DNA of 32,000 bases from Nitrososphaerota archaeon (GTDB taxonomy: Archaea > Thermoproteota > Nitrososphaeria > Nitrososphaerales > UBA57). The stretch covers positions 1 through 32,000 of the forward strand of contig VHBL01000002.1 in the NCBI GenBank assembly GCA_016871995.1. Reading direction: 5' to 3'. The translations under genes were made by a program, and so were the position numbers. Positions 1 through 8,926 of the stretch are shown piece after piece (position 1 is the first letter of the stretch; each line of letters opens with the position of its first letter). The notes beneath the pieces were generated by a model. The model had not been told where the DNA came from. It saw only the letters and a program-made list of their open reading frames with translations, and searched no databases.

Positions 1-140
1 AGTTTGTACCCTACCTTTCCCCAGCCCATGCCCGCGTCTATAATGACTTGTTGCTTGTTTGGATCTCCTAGCCAATTAGCTATGTGGTGGTCGACTATGT
101 TTTCTACGGTCAATTGATAACCAACTAGTTCTGCTGCCAC
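1..140 (-). CDS. edge-truncated ORF (first ~46 codons; continues past window start), function unknown, possibly a nucleotide/SAM-binding enzyme
   Basis: The minus-strand frame is open from GTG (138-140) to the window edge. It translates as AAELVGYQLTVENIVDHHIANWLGDPNKQQVIIDAGMGWGKVGYK. The VIIDAGxGxG stretch resembles a glycine-rich binding loop. It is absent from the ORF track because it is truncated. Confidence 0.25.
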   Translation of the reverse strand, partial: MAAELVGYQLTVENIVDHHIANWLGDPNKQQVIIDAGMGWGKVGYK

Positions 141-163
141 GACAAAAGGGGTATATTTGCTAA

Positions 164-352
164 TTAACCTTGAGTGTTAGGATGATAGACAGTCTCACTT
201 GGCTGGTCTGTAAGATTCATTTGGCATGATAGCTCGGCTAAAAGTATATTAGGAGCATCCTCAAAATTGCCCAAATCGGGGTTATTTTTGATTATAAGCC
301 TTGAAAATAAGCCAAGAAGGGTAAAGGGTGGTTTTGCCCATGATTTGTCCAT
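164..352 (-). CDS. hypothetical 62-aa ORF
   Basis: ORF only, with no motif recognised. It ends 23 nt upstream of the edge ORF in a neighbouring frame. The two could be one gene broken by a frameshift. Confidence 0.2.
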   Translation of the reverse strand: MDKSWAKPPFTLLGLFSRLIIKNNPDLGNFEDAPNILLAELSCQMNLTDQPSETVYHPNTQG

Positions 353-3300
353 GCTTGCTCAAAAGTATTGACCAGTTAGTAAAAACTGTGTCCTATTTTA
401 TCCGAATAATGGACGATTTGTCCACAATGGTTATATACCAATTTCTAAAACCTGCTCCTACAATTAATAGGTGTGTCCATAGATTGGATAATCGAAAAGT
501 AAAACTGACGGAAAAAATACACGCAGTAGCATTCATAGTGCTACTAGTAACGAGTGCTGTATTCATAGCTGCGCCTGCCTTCACTCCGAAGGCTTCAGCT
601 GCAGTGACAGGTACATTGACACTATCTCACTCTAAGCTGTACGGGAACAGTACACTAAGAATCCTGATAAGCGATTCTGATATCAACTTGGCATCATCGC
701 AATTTTCAAGCCTGAAACTGACCATAACAGCGAGCGGTGCAAATCCGGGCGCTGCAAAGAGCCTTAACGCTACGCAGCTCTCAGATGGTTCTTGGGTTGC
801 TCATATAGCCAACATGTCATGCTCTTCTCTATGTGCATCTAATAACGGTACTATAGGGCATAATAACTATGTACTTGGTCTTAATAGAACTACTAATGTA
901 AACTTTGGAACCGCTACCGGAAGCGTGGTCAGAACTGCCACAGCCATAAGGGTAGGTTCAGGTGGTAATCAAGTTGTAAAAGTAAATAACACAGATGCGC
1001 TAGCATACGTTCTAAACAATCTAAAAAGTGCCACTGGAAGGGTAGCTGGAAAGAACTATATTGAAAACCCAGGCACTATGGCAAGTAGGTACATAAATAG
1101 CACATTACTTAACCCCGTGATCCAACTCTTTAACTTTACCAGACTGGATACATTATCAATAACCTATACCGACTCAACAGGCTCCTCTGGAGGAAGCGTT
1201 GAAGTCACGCAGTCAATTACCTATGAATATACAACTGGAAGTGCTACAAATGATAGAACTTCAATACCAGCATCTGCGATATTAAGACCGGTGATTACCG
1301 ATATCGACAAGAACCGCGATCCCACAAGAGCAGATTCATTCACGGTAAGCAACAACTCCCACGCAGGAGGGAGGACTGGAAGTTTCAAGGAGAGTGGAAG
1401 CGTCTGGTTCGTTATTACAAGCACCAATACTACTGGAAGCATTAGCGGCACTATTGCAAAGAGGAACGGTACAGGTACTGGAGTTCAGCTTACGTTCACT
1501 GAGACTGGACTAAATACAAACGCGTTCGAACTGAATACAACAGCAGGCTTCAACTTGAACAACTCATTCCTGATACGCAGCGGTACATTTCTGCCCAGAG
1601 CTGTAAAAGATGGTGACTTAGTTAGAATTGTCTTCAGCGATATTGAAGCATCTACAGCACTAGCAGCAACAACAACCTTTGGCGTAACCTCAACAGTCTC
1701 TAGGAAGATTGGCTCTATATCTCTATCCACCTCAAGCGCAGCAATATCGAGTGATATTACGGTAACAATAACAGATCTAGATGCAAACAACAATACTAAG
1801 GCAAAAGATAGGTTTGTAGCGCTAGTCAGACTTAACACAACGGCAGGCTCTCTAGGAAGTGCCTCAATGGCGCGCGTTACTGCATGGGAGACCGATACAA
1901 ACTCGAGCACGTTCCAGTTCGTCATTAGACCTACATTATCTAATACAACACGAATCTCAGTATCTTCTACAGCACCCAACAACACACAAATCAACGGCAG
2001 AGTAACTGGTAGCGTTAGACCTGGTGATTCTGCAACATGGTACGTGACATATAACGACAACTTCACAGGCGTAATAACTGTCGCTAATGCAACTGCAAGT
2101 CTTGCGTGGAGCACAGGAACATCAATATCATTAGATAAGACTTCATATGGTTCATCAGACCTTGAGGCTAAGGTAACGCTTACTGAACCAAACGCAAATG
2201 ATTCAACAGCAGCTCAAGAGACGCTATCATTCAACTCTACTAAGAGGACTAGTGTAGAGAACTCAACAGTGAGATTCTCTGGCACCGTCAAGATAGGTAA
2301 CTTTGCATTAGTTGTCATAAACGGCACAAATGGTGGTCAAGGCATACGCAACTTTACAGCACTTGCAATAGAGACCTCAGCCAGCTCTGGTGTCTGGACA
2401 GTCACGATAAACTTGGCAACTCTTCGAGCTCAACCTAACGGTCTCACCAGCACTGATCAACTAAGAGTTTCATACACTAGCAAGTTCACCTCTACTACAT
2501 ACAATTCAACCGCAACTATCGGCGGAACTCTGGCGACGATCAACTTCAACAGAGCAGAATTTCCAATAGCTCCTAACAGAAGAGCAAACATGACCATCAA
2601 CGTGGTCGACACGGATCTGAATCAAAATCCATCCGCACAAGAGACTCTCACCCTAAGACTCTTTATCAGAAACGCAACTGACGGCGTCGTCGGTAACAGA
2701 ATTGCCTCAGGACCAGCAGCAGCACCATCAGGTGACATCAGGAGACTTAGTTGGTTCAATGTATCTTTGACCGAGACAGGACCCAACACAGGCGACTTCT
2801 CAGTGAAGATACTAGTTAACTGGAATAGCAGCAGTGTAGGAATGGCTAGATTAGCAAACTACAGCCACCCAACAAAGGCCCTCTTCAACCTAGATCGGAA
2901 TTCAGATCTAGTGGGCGGTAGGATTCAGGCATGTGTAACTGATGGACTAGGACCCACTACACTTGAAGCATCACAGGCAGGTACTGTCGCAAGTGCAAAA
3001 GGTGTATGCAAATCAATTAACTTCGCTGTACATGGCGCTACAATATCGACGAACGTGACATCAGCCAAGATAGGAACAGCGATCAAGGTCACCCTAACAG
3101 AGCAGGACTTAGACTCGGATGTGGGTGAAAAAGACACGGTCCAGATTAGGTTCGCTATCACAAAGGGTACAGCAGCACCCAGCGAGGACACAACACCTGA
3201 TCTGAACGTTACGCTCACACTCACAGAAACATCAGCCAGCTCAGGTGTATTCACCAATTCCAGCACGCTCGGAACAGGCGTCAACCCATTCAGCCAGGTC

Positions 3301-4485
3301 AACGCAAGCAACCACGTCAGATTCAGATACCAAGACGATGCTGCACCCGGTAGCACTGCATCTGCAGGCCTAGCAAAGGCAAAGATTACTACAACAGTAG
3401 TCGTGGGATCATCAACTGGCACTCTGACAACTATACCTACTTCAGAAACAGGGCCATACAACGTGTTAGTAGTAACGCTGGTCGATCCAGATTTGGCATT
3501 CAACAGGACAGGTACGCTAGGAACAGACTCTACAGGTAGAGTAGTCTTGCACTCGGTAAGGTCTGAGCAGACGAACGACGTAATCAACAATGTCCTAGCT
3601 AAGGAGATGGACCGCACTATAGGCAAGTTCAAGTTCAACATAACCATCTCATACTCGGCCACAGCTGTAACTACCGACCAAACACTCCAAGTCAATGCGA
3701 CCGACAAGATACACCTATTCTACAACGATAGGCTTGACAATGCAGGCGAAGTCAAAGTCGTTGAGAAGATAATCACAGTCACCACAAAGGACGGTGTACT
3801 AGCAACAAACAAGGCAAACTACCTCGTAGGCGAGGTCATAACAATCACTTTGACAGATATCGATGCGAACAGGGACTCAGGAGTAAGGAACACAACTACA
3901 GTAACAGTCACAACGAACAGCTGGACAGCAGGCACAGACATTACACTGCTAGAAGTAGCAGCTGATAGTGGAGTATTCACGGGACAGGTGACCATAGTCA
4001 GCACACTACCATCGGCAGGACAAGTGCTCGGAGCCGTCGGCGACGTAATAACCATAAAGTACATCGATGCATTCGGTAGCGGTGCAGTAAAGAAGACGAT
4101 ACTATTCACCGCACGCGTAGGAACATCCTTACCAAGGACACAGCAAGTCCCAGCATCAGCACCAGCAGTAGTCAACGCACAAGGACAGCCACTGACAACA
4201 GTACGAATGGGTGACGTAGCAACCATACAGGCCACAGTCAGGAACAATGACACAACAGCGCACACATTCACATACCTAGTCCAAGTCAAGAACGCACAAG
4301 GCGTAGTAGTGAGTCTGGCATGGCTCAGAGACATCTCACTAGCTGCAGGAGCGTCAACATCACCAGGTCTGGCCTGGATACCAAGTACGACGGGAACCTA
4401 CACAGTGGAAGTCTTCGTCTGGGAGAGCCTGACTAACGCGGTAGCACTCTCGCCAGTACAGAGGATCACTGTCACAGTGGGTTAG
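328..4485 (+). CDS. giant secreted, sequon-rich surface protein; candidate S-layer lattice subunit (SlaA-like architecture)
   Basis: 4.1-kb uninterrupted ORF. A hydrophobic signal-like segment (AVAFIVLLVTSAVFIAAPAFTPKASA/AV) lies at aa 66-92 of the maximal ORF. The real start is therefore probably ATG 409, ATG 427 or TTG 484, the last with AGGTG upstream. I counted about 40 N-x-S/T sequons by eye. The protein is Thr/Ser/Asn/Val rich and has no C-terminal TM. Motif pairs (V/I)T(L/V)xDxDxN ... ETxxxSGxF recur. The C-terminal ~110 aa looks like an Ig/CARDB-type beta domain. Confidence 0.85.
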   Translation: MVLPMICPCLLKSIDQLVKTVSYFIRIMDDLSTMVIYQFLKPAPTINRCVHRLDNRKVKLTEKIHAVAFIVLLVTSAVFIAAPAFTPKASAAVTGTLTLSHSKLYGNSTLRILISDSDINLASSQFSSLKLTITASGANPGAAKSLNATQLSDGSWVAHIANMSCSSLCASNNGTIGHNNYVLGLNRTTNVNFGTATGSVVRTATAIRVGSGGNQVVKVNNTDALAYVLNNLKSATGRVAGKNYIENPGTMASRYINSTLLNPVIQLFNFTRLDTLSITYTDSTGSSGGSVEVTQSITYEYTTGSATNDRTSIPASAILRPVITDIDKNRDPTRADSFTVSNNSHAGGRTGSFKESGSVWFVITSTNTTGSISGTIAKRNGTGTGVQLTFTETGLNTNAFELNTTAGFNLNNSFLIRSGTFLPRAVKDGDLVRIVFSDIEASTALAATTTFGVTSTVSRKIGSISLSTSSAAISSDITVTITDLDANNNTKAKDRFVALVRLNTTAGSLGSASMARVTAWETDTNSSTFQFVIRPTLSNTTRISVSSTAPNNTQINGRVTGSVRPGDSATWYVTYNDNFTGVITVANATASLAWSTGTSISLDKTSYGSSDLEAKVTLTEPNANDSTAAQETLSFNSTKRTSVENSTVRFSGTVKIGNFALVVINGTNGGQGIRNFTALAIETSASSGVWTVTINLATLRAQPNGLTSTDQLRVSYTSKFTSTTYNSTATIGGTLATINFNRAEFPIAPNRRANMTINVVDTDLNQNPSAQETLTLRLFIRNATDGVVGNRIASGPAAAPSGDIRRLSWFNVSLTETGPNTGDFSVKILVNWNSSSVGMARLANYSHPTKALFNLDRNSDLVGGRIQACVTDGLGPTTLEASQAGTVASAKGVCKSINFAVHGATISTNVTSAKIGTAIKVTLTEQDLDSDVGEKDTVQIRFAITKGTAAPSEDTTPDLNVTLTLTETSASSGVFTNSSTLGTGVNPFSQVNASNHVRFRYQDDAAPGSTASAGLAKAKITTTVVVGSSTGTLTTIPTSETGPYNVLVVTLVDPDLAFNRTGTLGTDSTGRVVLHSVRSEQTNDVINNVLAKEMDRTIGKFKFNITISYSATAVTTDQTLQVNATDKIHLFYNDRLDNAGEVKVVEKIITVTTKDGVLATNKANYLVGEVITITLTDIDANRDSGVRNTTTVTVTTNSWTAGTDITLLEVAADSGVFTGQVTIVSTLPSAGQVLGAVGDVITIKYIDAFGSGAVKKTILFTARVGTSLPRTQQVPASAPAVVNAQGQPLTTVRMGDVATIQATVRNNDTTAHTFTYLVQVKNAQGVVVSLAWLRDISLAAGASTSPGLAWIPSTTGTYTVEVFVWESLTNAVALSPVQRITVTVG

Positions 4486-4532
4486 GTGCATCCTAGATGC
4501 ACTCCCCCTCTCTTTTCTTTGAGGCGAACAAA

Positions 4533-5759
4533 ATGATCAAGAACATATCAATCGCACTATTACTGGTATCAATGATACTGGTGGCTTCGCCACTAGCGTC
4601 AGCACAAGCTGTAACTGCAACAACTAACAAGACGAACTATGTGGCTGGAGACAGACTGAGTGTCGCAGGTGTAGGTCCCGCAAATGACGATGTGACAGTC
4701 ACTCTAACCAATCCTAACGGAGCGTTGGTAGGCATTGCTCAAGGTAGAGTCAGTTCGAACAACGTGTACAACGTTACTGTGCTAACATTTCCGTCTGGTG
4801 ACCAGAGATTCCCATTTGGAGCCTATTCAGTCCGAGTAACAGCGGCAGCCGCAGCAGCATCAACAACAGTCACAATAAACTTTGCAGCAACTACAGGTAC
4901 TGTAACGCCACCACCAGCAGTAGGCGGTGCTGGAGGGCTAATAGTATCCGTCCATGCGGAAGGGACATACTTTTCAGGTGATAGAGTCCGTATCTACGCA
5001 ATAATAACAAACAATGGTGCTCTAGCAGACCCAACAGCATTTTCGGCAGCTCACGTCCACAGGATGGACAATACAATAGATCAGTTGCTGGGAACTCAGC
5101 AGAGAATACATGCTGGCTGGTATTATTTCGACTACACTGTTCCAGCTAATGCAGCTCCTGGAACCTATGGTGTTCATGTTGGAGTTACATTAGCCTCTGC
5201 AGGAAGTAACGGCGATGCGGCATTCCAAGTAGCACCAGCAAACAGGGACACGGCAGCACTTGCAACACAGCTTACAACCATAAACACGGCTATCCAAGGT
5301 GTCAGCACAGCTCTAAACGGGCTGAGCCAATCATTCACTGCACATGACCAAAGATTAACAGCTATTCAGACAGCAGTCACGACAGCACAGACAGCGATAA
5401 CTGGAAGGATCAATACTCTGGATACAGACATAACATCAAGGCTGAATGGTGTTGCGGGAGCAGTTGGGACTCAGATAATAACAGCGCAGAATACTATTGT
5501 ACAGAGAGTCGATGGCATACCAGCATCAGTAAACACCGCAGTCACAACGGCAGTTCAGAATGCACAAACAGCTATAACAACTGCAGTCAAGAATGGATTT
5601 ACTGAGCTCGGTGGCAATGTAGAGGAGATCGAGGACAGCGTCAGAAGCGCAGCAGCGGGAACTGCACAGTCATCAACATTCGTGCTGGTGATTGCAGGGC
5701 TAGCTGCATTGAGCGTAGTGCTCCAGATAGCCATACTCACGAGAAAGAAGAGCGCATAG
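4533..5759 (+). CDS. membrane-anchored coiled-coil surface protein; candidate S-layer stalk/anchor (SlaB-like architecture)
   Basis: ATG 4533 is preceded by GAGG 9 nt upstream (the ORF-track start at 4497 is less likely). The signal peptide is MIKNISIALLLVSMILVASPLASAQA. Two beta-rich segments follow, then ~140 aa of T/A/Q/I/N-rich heptad-like sequence (TAIQGVSTALNGLSQSF...TAQTAITGRINTLDTDITSRLNG...). The protein ends in a single TM helix (FVLVIAGLAALSVVLQIAIL) and a basic tail (TRKKSA). The start lies 47 nt after the upstream stop. Confidence 0.8.
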   Translation: MIKNISIALLLVSMILVASPLASAQAVTATTNKTNYVAGDRLSVAGVGPANDDVTVTLTNPNGALVGIAQGRVSSNNVYNVTVLTFPSGDQRFPFGAYSVRVTAAAAAASTTVTINFAATTGTVTPPPAVGGAGGLIVSVHAEGTYFSGDRVRIYAIITNNGALADPTAFSAAHVHRMDNTIDQLLGTQQRIHAGWYYFDYTVPANAAPGTYGVHVGVTLASAGSNGDAAFQVAPANRDTAALATQLTTINTAIQGVSTALNGLSQSFTAHDQRLTAIQTAVTTAQTAITGRINTLDTDITSRLNGVAGAVGTQIITAQNTIVQRVDGIPASVNTAVTTAVQNAQTAITTAVKNGFTELGGNVEEIEDSVRSAAAGTAQSSTFVLVIAGLAALSVVLQIAILTRKKSA

Positions 5760-5761
5760 CG

Positions 5762-5787
5762 CTTTTCCTTTCCCTTTTCTTTTTTTT
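5762..5787 (+). terminator. pyrimidine/oligo-T tract after the surface-protein pair
   Basis: The sequence cttttcctttcccttttctttttttt ends in a T8 run (5780-5787). Oligo-T tracts are the known archaeal termination signal. Confidence 0.4.
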
Positions 5788-5828
5788 ACATAACAATTTA
5801 GTTATCCTCCTTTTTTCTAACGATCCTG

Positions 5829-7328
5829 ATGCAAAACCAAGGTGATGGTTCAGGGTTACGTATCGCTTATGCCGGGTTCGTCCAGTTCCTAACTCAACTT
5901 GTAGGCTTGGGAACGGGCCTGCTTTTTGTTACTCTAATTACCAGAAACCTTACCGTTTCTGATTTTGGACTCTGGCAGGTTATTGGGAGCGCAGTAGGGA
6001 TAGCTATCCTTCCTGCGAGTGTCGTCACGTTCTGGAACCTCCGGGGTGTTGCCAGAAGGGAGGACGTAGGTCGAACTTCAGTTGTTGCAGGTATGCTATC
6101 GCTTCCCCTAACTTTTGCAATTCTTTTAGCAGTTTCCACTGGTGTAGGTTCACGGATAGAACTGGTTGGCTTTGTTGTCATTGCAGCATTGCTCCAGTTA
6201 CCATTCATGGTACTCTTCGAATCGGTAAAAGGTACCATCCAAGCTACGAAACCGGCATTTCTTGGTTATTCGAGCATTTTCTTTGAAATTGCAAAGGTTA
6301 GCGTAGCGTTCTATCTGGTAATCATGCTGAAAGTAGGCCTTTACGGCGCCATATTGGCCCTTGCCTTGGCATATGCAATACAAGACCTGATAATAATCAT
6401 CACAGTAAAAGGGAAACTTGGAGGTAGAATAGATCTCGCATTAATCAAGCAATGGATAAAGGCAGCTTGGGTGCCTCTTCTTGATAGAGGGGTCAGCAGG
6501 CTCTGGAGTTCTGACGCCATTCTGGTTGCTCTGATGCTCGGAAGTACAGTTCCGGTGGGGTTGTTTCAGGGACCGAGGATCTTTACAGCGATAATAATGT
6601 ATAGCGAGATATTTCTCCGTGTTCTTTACCCGAAGCTCATAAGAGACAGATTGAAGGCTGATATTGGAGTAGCATTCAGGCTGCAGAGCCTTCTGGAAGT
6701 TCCTATGGTCGTGGGCGCAGTCATGCTTGCTGGAGACCTCCTTTCTGTACTTGGAGCAGAGTATGTCAGTTCGGCTCTTCTTTTACAGCTTCTAGCAATT
6801 GTAGCAGTTGTGGAGAGCATAGAGCGCGTAATGTACTTTGTACTTTACGGTACAGAGACTGTAGACTCGAAACGTGATGGTTATTCGTTCAAGAACCTCA
6901 AGTCGAGCTGGCTAGTAAAGCTTCCACTGCTGGATCTATCAAAGTCTGTTATATACATGGGCGCACTTGCAGCTGCGCTGTATCTTTTTGCTACACCCGC
7001 TAAACCGGAGCTTGTAGCTTTGATCTGGGGAATTATTTACGCAGTAGTAACAGTGCCTTATGCTGTACTGAAGTTGATACTGGCTCGAAAGTTCTTCCCG
7101 CATACTCTACCTTGGGTGCAGCTCGTGAAATATGTGGTTGCTGGGGTTGTTATGGGGTTAGTACTTTTGCTTTTTAGAGGAGAGACTCCTGCAGAGCTAA
7201 GCGTAATATCCGCAGTTATCCGTCTTGGATATCTAGTAGGTTTGGGTGCTGGAGTCTATTTCGGAATTCTGGCACTAATCGATTCGCACTTTAGGGGCAT
7301 GGTCAAAACCCTAACCAAAAGACAGTGA
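5829..7328 (+). CDS. polysaccharide/oligosaccharide flippase (MOP/Wzx-type polysaccharide biosynthesis protein)
   Basis: 499 aa, hydrophobic throughout, with roughly 12-14 predicted TM segments. The N-terminal pattern (GFVQFLTQLVGLGTGLLFVTLITRNLTVSDFGLWQVIGS) is typical of Wzx/RfbX-type proteins. It sits among glycosylation genes. Confidence 0.75.
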   Translation: MQNQGDGSGLRIAYAGFVQFLTQLVGLGTGLLFVTLITRNLTVSDFGLWQVIGSAVGIAILPASVVTFWNLRGVARREDVGRTSVVAGMLSLPLTFAILLAVSTGVGSRIELVGFVVIAALLQLPFMVLFESVKGTIQATKPAFLGYSSIFFEIAKVSVAFYLVIMLKVGLYGAILALALAYAIQDLIIIITVKGKLGGRIDLALIKQWIKAAWVPLLDRGVSRLWSSDAILVALMLGSTVPVGLFQGPRIFTAIIMYSEIFLRVLYPKLIRDRLKADIGVAFRLQSLLEVPMVVGAVMLAGDLLSVLGAEYVSSALLLQLLAIVAVVESIERVMYFVLYGTETVDSKRDGYSFKNLKSSWLVKLPLLDLSKSVIYMGALAAALYLFATPAKPELVALIWGIIYAVVTVPYAVLKLILARKFFPHTLPWVQLVKYVVAGVVMGLVLLLFRGETPAELSVISAVIRLGYLVGLGAGVYFGILALIDSHFRGMVKTLTKRQ

Positions 7329-7332
7329 AAAA

Positions 7333-8025
7333 ATGTTTGGCATATACAAGAGCATAAAGGCGATCTTTGGACCAGTCTTTGGACGCTTGCTGGGAAACAG
7401 GTATAGACTTCCTGCACGTCTTTTGGAATTAAAGCTGGCGTCGTTATTGGGTAACCCAGTTAACGAAAGAATAATCGAGTATCCTTGGGTCCTTGACCGT
7501 CTTAAAGAAAGGAAAGGTGGAAAAATACTCGATGTCGGATGTGGTTGGCCAGGCCTGCTATCAAGTTACCTTCTTTCCAAGGGCTATGATGTATATGGGC
7601 TTGACATTGTACAATGTAAGACTCTCCCGCAGGATAGGTTTTTTCTGCTTGACGCAAGGAAGACAAATCTTCCTAATGCTTCTTTTGATACGATCATCTC
7701 GCTGTCTACATTGGAACATATAGGAACCGATGAAGAAGAAGACGATATCAAGACCATGCAGGAAATGTGGCGCCTGCTTAAGAAAGATGGCGTATTGCTT
7801 TTCACTACGCCATTTGCCGCCAAATACGGCAATAGAGGCCAAAGGTTCTTCAGCAAAGAACGTCTAATGGAAATAACAAAATCTTTCAGAGTGCACGACA
7901 CTAAATACTTCATTCAAAAAGGCAGCAGCTGGGTAGAAGTATCATTGGGAGATGCCGAGGATGCAACGCGCAACTACGACGGCGTTCATTCCATAGCCAT
8001 AGTCGCTATGGTACTCGAGAAGTAA
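7333..8025 (+). CDS. class I SAM-dependent methyltransferase
   Basis: Motif I is ILDVGCGWPG, followed by an acidic residue at the end of beta-2 (YGLDI). A post-motif LSTLEHIG is also present. Length 230 aa. Confidence 0.85.
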   Translation: MFGIYKSIKAIFGPVFGRLLGNRYRLPARLLELKLASLLGNPVNERIIEYPWVLDRLKERKGGKILDVGCGWPGLLSSYLLSKGYDVYGLDIVQCKTLPQDRFFLLDARKTNLPNASFDTIISLSTLEHIGTDEEEDDIKTMQEMWRLLKKDGVLLFTTPFAAKYGNRGQRFFSKERLMEITKSFRVHDTKYFIQKGSSWVEVSLGDAEDATRNYDGVHSIAIVAMVLEK

Positions 8026-8027
8026 CT

Positions 8028-8804
8028 CTAACCTATCCATTCAGGCCTTACTGGCTCGAGTTTCAAGGTGGATTCGTCAAGGATTGAATAGAGCTGTTCA
8101 GCTATAGAATATTCGTCCCGTTTTGGCTCCCTTTTAGCTATCAGACTGGCATACCATATCTGATTCTTGACAAAATGGTTCCAATTCACAGCAGCATGAT
8201 GTAGAAGTATTATGTCGGTATTGACCCGTTTCCCCTCGACACCCTGCACAGGATTTCTCCCGAAGTACGGTCTCAGTCTTTCTTTGCCTAGTAGATGCTT
8301 AGCTAGTCTCTTTAAGAACGGGCCCGCAGGGTTGGGAAATCTTAGTTTGGTCGACGCTCTTACCAAATATGTGTTAAAGGCATAGGAAAGAAACTTGTCG
8401 GGCCTGTCCACGCGATAGTGCCGATCATTCTTCCATAACCAATATTTTTTGAAGGTATATAGGCCAACATCATTATGCTCGGTCAACTCCCTAATTTCTT
8501 TCCGTAGCCTTGGCTCGAAGGTTTCGTCGGAGTCCATGAAGAGTATCCAGTCAGCCTTTCTCTGGAGAGCCATTTTGAGTAGCAAGTTCATGTCGTTCCA
8601 TTCAATTCTTGTCGATTTGCCCTTTATCAAATCAGCCAACGCAACGTTTGGGATACTTCTGACTATACGTTCAGTTTCGTCACTCACAAACCCTCTCCCT
8701 ACAACAACTACTTCATCCACAGTCAAAGATAGGTTCTTCAAACTCTTAGGCAAGATCCATTCGCAGTTACCACCTACCTGCATGGCTCCAACTATCTTCA
8801 TCAC
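8028..8804 (-). CDS. family 2 glycosyltransferase (GT-A fold)
   Basis: 258 aa. The N-terminal Rossmann-like strand is followed by the DxD-type motif FMDSDE. The size and layout match GT2. Confidence 0.8.
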   Translation of the reverse strand: MMKIVGAMQVGGNCEWILPKSLKNLSLTVDEVVVVGRGFVSDETERIVRSIPNVALADLIKGKSTRIEWNDMNLLLKMALQRKADWILFMDSDETFEPRLRKEIRELTEHNDVGLYTFKKYWLWKNDRHYRVDRPDKFLSYAFNTYLVRASTKLRFPNPAGPFLKRLAKHLLGKERLRPYFGRNPVQGVEGKRVNTDIILLHHAAVNWNHFVKNQIWYASLIAKREPKRDEYSIAEQLYSILDESTLKLEPVRPEWIG

Positions 8805-8926
8805 GCAACCTAATCAGAAATCGGTTTATAGAGTTAGTACCTTTCAAAAAAATCTAACCCTTGGTATTTAATGGACAATTAAGAAAACTTTAAGCACAGA
8901 GCTTAGGTTGGAAATTCGGCTAGACC

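Noticed and set aside
328-483. The first ~50 codons of the maximal 1385-aa ORF as real coding sequence
   Set aside because: This part overlaps the upstream minus-strand ORF and precedes the signal-like helix by 65 residues. A TATA-like ATTTTAT at ~394-400 lies inside it. The true start is more likely at 409, 427 or 484.
393-4334. Long antisense ORFs inside the giant surface-protein gene (393-584, 1221-1451, 1485-2114, 2925-3707, 3819-4334, minus strand)
   Set aside because: All lie entirely within and antisense to a 4.1-kb ORF with strong protein-like features. Their translations are low-complexity (V/S/T/A-rich mirror images) with no motifs. They are typical shadow ORFs of a compositionally biased gene.
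7493-7913. Nested or antisense ORFs within the methyltransferase gene (7493-7723 +, 7561-7842 -, 7584-7913 -)
   Set aside because: They overlap a CDS with clear SAM-binding motifs and have no motifs of their own.
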